DNA from: an uncultured Acidobacteriota bacterium
GTDB lineage: Bacteria; Acidobacteriota; Thermoanaerobaculia; UBA5066; DATFVB01
Reading direction: 5' to 3'
NCBI GenBank assembly: GCA_963813155.1
Contig: CAWEYG010000001.1
Coordinates: forward strand, 384,001-448,000
DNA length: 64,000 bases
The position numbers were made by a program, and so were the translations under genes. How positions within the stretch are numbered: the stretch's first letter is position 1; each line of letters starts with the position of its first letter. Below the pieces are notes generated by a model. The model was given only the letters and a program-made list of their open reading frames with translations. It ran no database searches and was not told the DNA's origin. This document shows, one piece after another, positions 61,214 to 64,000 of this stretch.

Positions 61214-63284
61214 CGCGATCCCCCTCCGGACGCCACATCGGGTCGCCGGGCTTCACGCCGAACGCATCGTAAAACTCCTGGACGTTCGCGAGGGGGCCGT
61301 TGACGCGCCACTTCGAGGGCGCGTGCACGTCGGACAGGAGATGGCGGGCGAGGTCCTCTTTTCGGACCTGGTGCAGCCAGCCGAGCGAATAGCCGAGAAA
61401 ATACCGCTGGACCGGCGTCTGCCCCGCGATTTTCTCCCCCTTCTTGTACTGCTCCGTCTTCTTGAAGGCGTCCAGCCCGATCAGGAGGCCGCCGAGGTCG
61501 GCGATGTTCTCGCCGAGCGCCGCGCGTCCGTTCACGTGCATGCCCGGGAGCGGCTCGAAAGCGTCGAATTCCCGAACCATCACGTCCGCGCGCTTGTTGA
61601 ACTGCTCTTCGTCGTCCTTCGTCCACCAGTTCTTCAGGTTTCCTTCCGCGTCGAACTGCCGCCCCTCGTCGTCGAACCCGTGGGTAATTTCGTGCCCGAT
61701 CGTCGAGGCCGCCGCGTATCCGTACACGAGCGCGTCGTCCGCCTCCGCGTCCGGGACGCCGGGAATCGTGAAGATCGCGGCCGGCAGGACGATCTCGTTG
61801 TTGGAAGGGTTGTAGTACGCGTTATAGGTCTGCGGCGTCATGTCCCATTCGGTGCGGTCGACCGGCTTTCCGAATTTCGCGACCTGGTCCTGAAAGCGCC
61901 AGCGGGCGGCGTTCATCATGTTTCCGGCGAAAGAGGCCCGCGAGACTTCGAGCGCCGAATAGTCCTTCCAGCGATCCGGATACCCCACCTTGCTCGTGAT
62001 CTTCGCGAGCTTGTCGAGCGCCTTCGCGCGCGTCGCTTCGCTCATCCACGCGACGCGGAGAATCCGCTCCCGGTACGCCCCTCGAACCGCTTCGACGAGG
62101 TCGACGTAGCGCTTCTTCGCCTTCTCGGGAAAGTATTCGCGGACGAAGAGGCGTCCCAGGATCATTCCCATCGCCCCTTCTTCGGCGTCGAGCGCGCGTT
62201 TCCACCGCGGCTTCTGCTCCTGCCGGCCGGACAGCACTTTCCCTGTGAATTCGAAATCCGCCTCGTCGATCGCGCCGCTCAGGTAGGGCGCGTACTCCGC
62301 GGCCAGATGGAACCGCAGGTAGTCGCGCAGCACGTCGACGGGAGTCTTCTTCAGCTCGTCTTCGAGCGCCGAGAAGAACTCCGGCTGGCCGACGATCACG
62401 TTCTCCGCCGCGCCCAGTCCCAGCGAGGAGAGGCGCGCGGGCCAGTCGATCGACGGCGTCAGCTTCGCTCGCACGTCGGCCGCGGCCATCTTGTTGTAGT
62501 TGCGCTCCGGGTCGCGCAGGTCGGCGAGCTTGCGGGAGGAGCGGGCAAGGTCCGTTTCGAACTCCATCACCCGCGCGCCCGCGTCGGGACGGACGAGGCG
62601 GTCTCCCGCCGTCAGGACGAGAAGTTTTCGGATGTGCTTCGCGTATTCGGCGCGCACCTTCACGGAGTTCTCGTCCGTGTTGAAGTAGAAATCGCGGTTC
62701 GGGAGACCGAGCCCTCCCTGCCACAGCTGGACCGCCTCGACGCCGCTCTGCTTCGGGTCCTGGACGACCGCGAGCGAAAAGAGCGCGTCCGTCTCGAGAG
62801 GAGCCTCGGCGAACGCCGCATCGAGCGCCCCGCCGAGGTCCCGAATCCGCCCGATCCGGTCGAGCTCTTCCCGGATCGGGGCGATTCCGTTCTCGTCGCA
62901 ACGGGCGGCGTCCATCGCCGCGGCCCAGAAGTCTCCGACCTTCTGGGAATCGGAACCGCGGGTCGACGCGGCGGCCGCGGCGTCCTCGTTGATCTTGCGC
63001 ATTCGGGCGTAGATCTCGTCGCGAACGACATTTCCGATCCCCCATCCCGACTCGGAGGCCGGGATCGGATTGCGCTGCAGCCAGCCCCCGTTCGAATAGC
63101 CGAAGAAATCGACGGCGGGGCTGACGGCCGAATCGAGATCCGAGACCAGCGGATCCGGATGCGGCGCCGGAGGCGTCGTTGGCGCGGCAGCCGGGGAGAC
63201 GTCGGACGCCCGTGCGCGTCCGGAAAACGGGAGGGACGCGAAGAGGAGCGCGACGCAGATCCGGAGAGCCGATTTTCTTGCCAT
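61200..63284 (-). CDS. M13 family (neprilysin/PepO-like) metallopeptidase
   Basis: NAYY, GHEITHGFDDEG, GENIADLGG, HAPSKWRVN and a signal peptide. Confidence 0.95.
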   Translation of the reverse strand: MARKSALRICVALLFASLPFSGRARASDVSPAAAPTTPPAPHPDPLVSDLDSAVSPAVDFFGYSNGGWLQRNPIPASESGWGIGNVVRDEIYARMRKINEDAAAAASTRGSDSQKVGDFWAAAMDAARCDENGIAPIREELDRIGRIRDLGGALDAAFAEAPLETDALFSLAVVQDPKQSGVEAVQLWQGGLGLPNRDFYFNTDENSVKVRAEYAKHIRKLLVLTAGDRLVRPDAGARVMEFETDLARSSRKLADLRDPERNYNKMAAADVRAKLTPSIDWPARLSSLGLGAAENVIVGQPEFFSALEDELKKTPVDVLRDYLRFHLAAEYAPYLSGAIDEADFEFTGKVLSGRQEQKPRWKRALDAEEGAMGMILGRLFVREYFPEKAKKRYVDLVEAVRGAYRERILRVAWMSEATRAKALDKLAKITSKVGYPDRWKDYSALEVSRASFAGNMMNAARWRFQDQVAKFGKPVDRTEWDMTPQTYNAYYNPSNNEIVLPAAIFTIPGVPDAEADDALVYGYAAASTIGHEITHGFDDEGRQFDAEGNLKNWWTKDDEEQFNKRADVMVREFDAFEPLPGMHVNGRAALGENIADLGGLLIGLDAFKKTEQYKKGEKIAGQTPVQRYFLGYSLGWLHQVRKEDLARHLLSDVHAPSKWRVNGPLANVQEFYDAFGVKPGDPMWRPEGDRVSIW

Positions 63285-63372
63285 GCAGGAAAAAATATCA
63301 CGCGCTCCGCCGGACCGGACGTCAACCGGAGCCGGGCCCCGCTCGTCGAACCCCCGGATCGGGAGGTCATCC

Positions 63373-64000
63373 ATGGAAACCGTCTCCTGGGATCGCGACG
63401 CCGCCGCCCACCTGCTCCGCCGCGCCGGATTCGGGCCCCGTGCCCGACGAGATCGACCGGTTCGCCTCGATGACCCTCGACGAGGCGGTCTCGACGCTCG
63501 TCGACTACGGATCGATCGACAACGGCGCGCTCGAGGCCCAGATCGCCGCCTTCCCGTCGAAAGCGACCCTCGCGAACCTCCAATTCCTCTTCTTCTGGAG
63601 GATGGTCCACACGGCTCGGCCGCTCGAGGAGAAGATGACCTACTTCTGGAACCTCCACTGGACGAGCGGCTGGTCCAAGGTCAAGGGGATCTTCAACGAC
63701 AAGGGCGCAACGGGCTACTCGGTGCTTCTGAACCAGAACTCGACCGAGAGGAGTCTTGCCCTCGGCCGGTTCGACGACCTCGTCCTCGCGATTTCCAAAG
63801 ACGCCGCCATGCTGTACTGGCTCGACAACTGGACGAACGTCGCGGCGCGACCCAACGAAAACTACGCGCGCGAGCTCATGGAGCTCTTCACGATCGGAAT
63901 CGGCAACTACACGCAGACGGACGTGACGAACCTCGCCCGGGCCTTCACGGGATGGACGCTCGACTCGCCGCGGACGGGCTTCGCGTTCAACACGGCCCGG
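63373..64000 (+). CDS. DUF1800 family protein (partial; frameshift near 63440)
   Basis: AAHLLRRAGFG, LEEKMTYFW, AMLYWLDN, PNENYARELMELFTIG, ARAFTGW. Confidence 0.9.
   Translation, partial: METVSWDRDAAAHLLRRAGFGPRARRDRPVRLDDPRRGGLDARRLRIDRQRRARGPDRRLPVESDPREPPIPLLLEDGPHGSAARGEDDLLLEPPLDERLVQGQGDLQRQGRNGLLGASEPELDREESCPRPVRRPRPRDFQRRRHAVLARQLDERRGATQRKLRARAHGALHDRNRQLHADGRDEPRPGLHGMDARLAADGLRVQHGP

Noticed and set aside
57820-61272. Very long Arg/Gly/Pro-rich antisense or off-frame ORFs (also 20145-22577, 42551-45172, 46859-49582, 61323-63473)
   Set aside because: Shadow ORFs expected from high-GC codon bias opposite well-supported genes; no recognisable motifs.

Overview
High-GC bacterial chromosomal window. 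The 16S rRNA and gene content suggest Acidobacteriota, probably Thermoanaerobaculia; this is an inference from memory and was not searched. Layout: (1) 1-3.75 kb is a minus-strand rRNA operon (16S, tRNA-Ile, tRNA-Ala, 5' part of 23S) with tandem sigma70 promoters. (2) 3.75-34.7 kb has purF, purM and purN interleaved with a large surface-glycosylation region: six GT-C-like polytopic membrane proteins, an RGP/GT75-like protein, rfbFGH, a GtrB-like GT2, an epimerase/reductase, a YerE-like ThDP enzyme, a GT2, a flippase, FkbM, a radical SAM enzyme, a NeuB-like synthase and a UGM-like flavoprotein. (3) A TonB-dependent receptor and a flavin reductase. (4) 38-50 kb is a complete alternative complex III plus A2-type caa3 oxidase operon. 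(5) 50-64 kb holds a hydrolase, truA, a methyltransferase, a three-gene peptidoglycan-remodelling operon, a CBM9-like protein, a DUF5777-like barrel, a secreted beta-propeller, the AmmeMemoRadiSam enzyme, an M13 peptidase and a partial DUF1800 gene. Many genes carry single-base frameshifts that look like long-read indel errors, so several long ORFs in the supplied track are false fusions and some boundaries are approximate. No CRISPR array, transposase, integrase or prophage gene was seen. The most notable signals are the multi-GT-C glycosylation locus, a palindromic repeat inserted in-frame inside an enzyme gene, widespread leaderless-type promoters and one hairpin-rich intergenic region.
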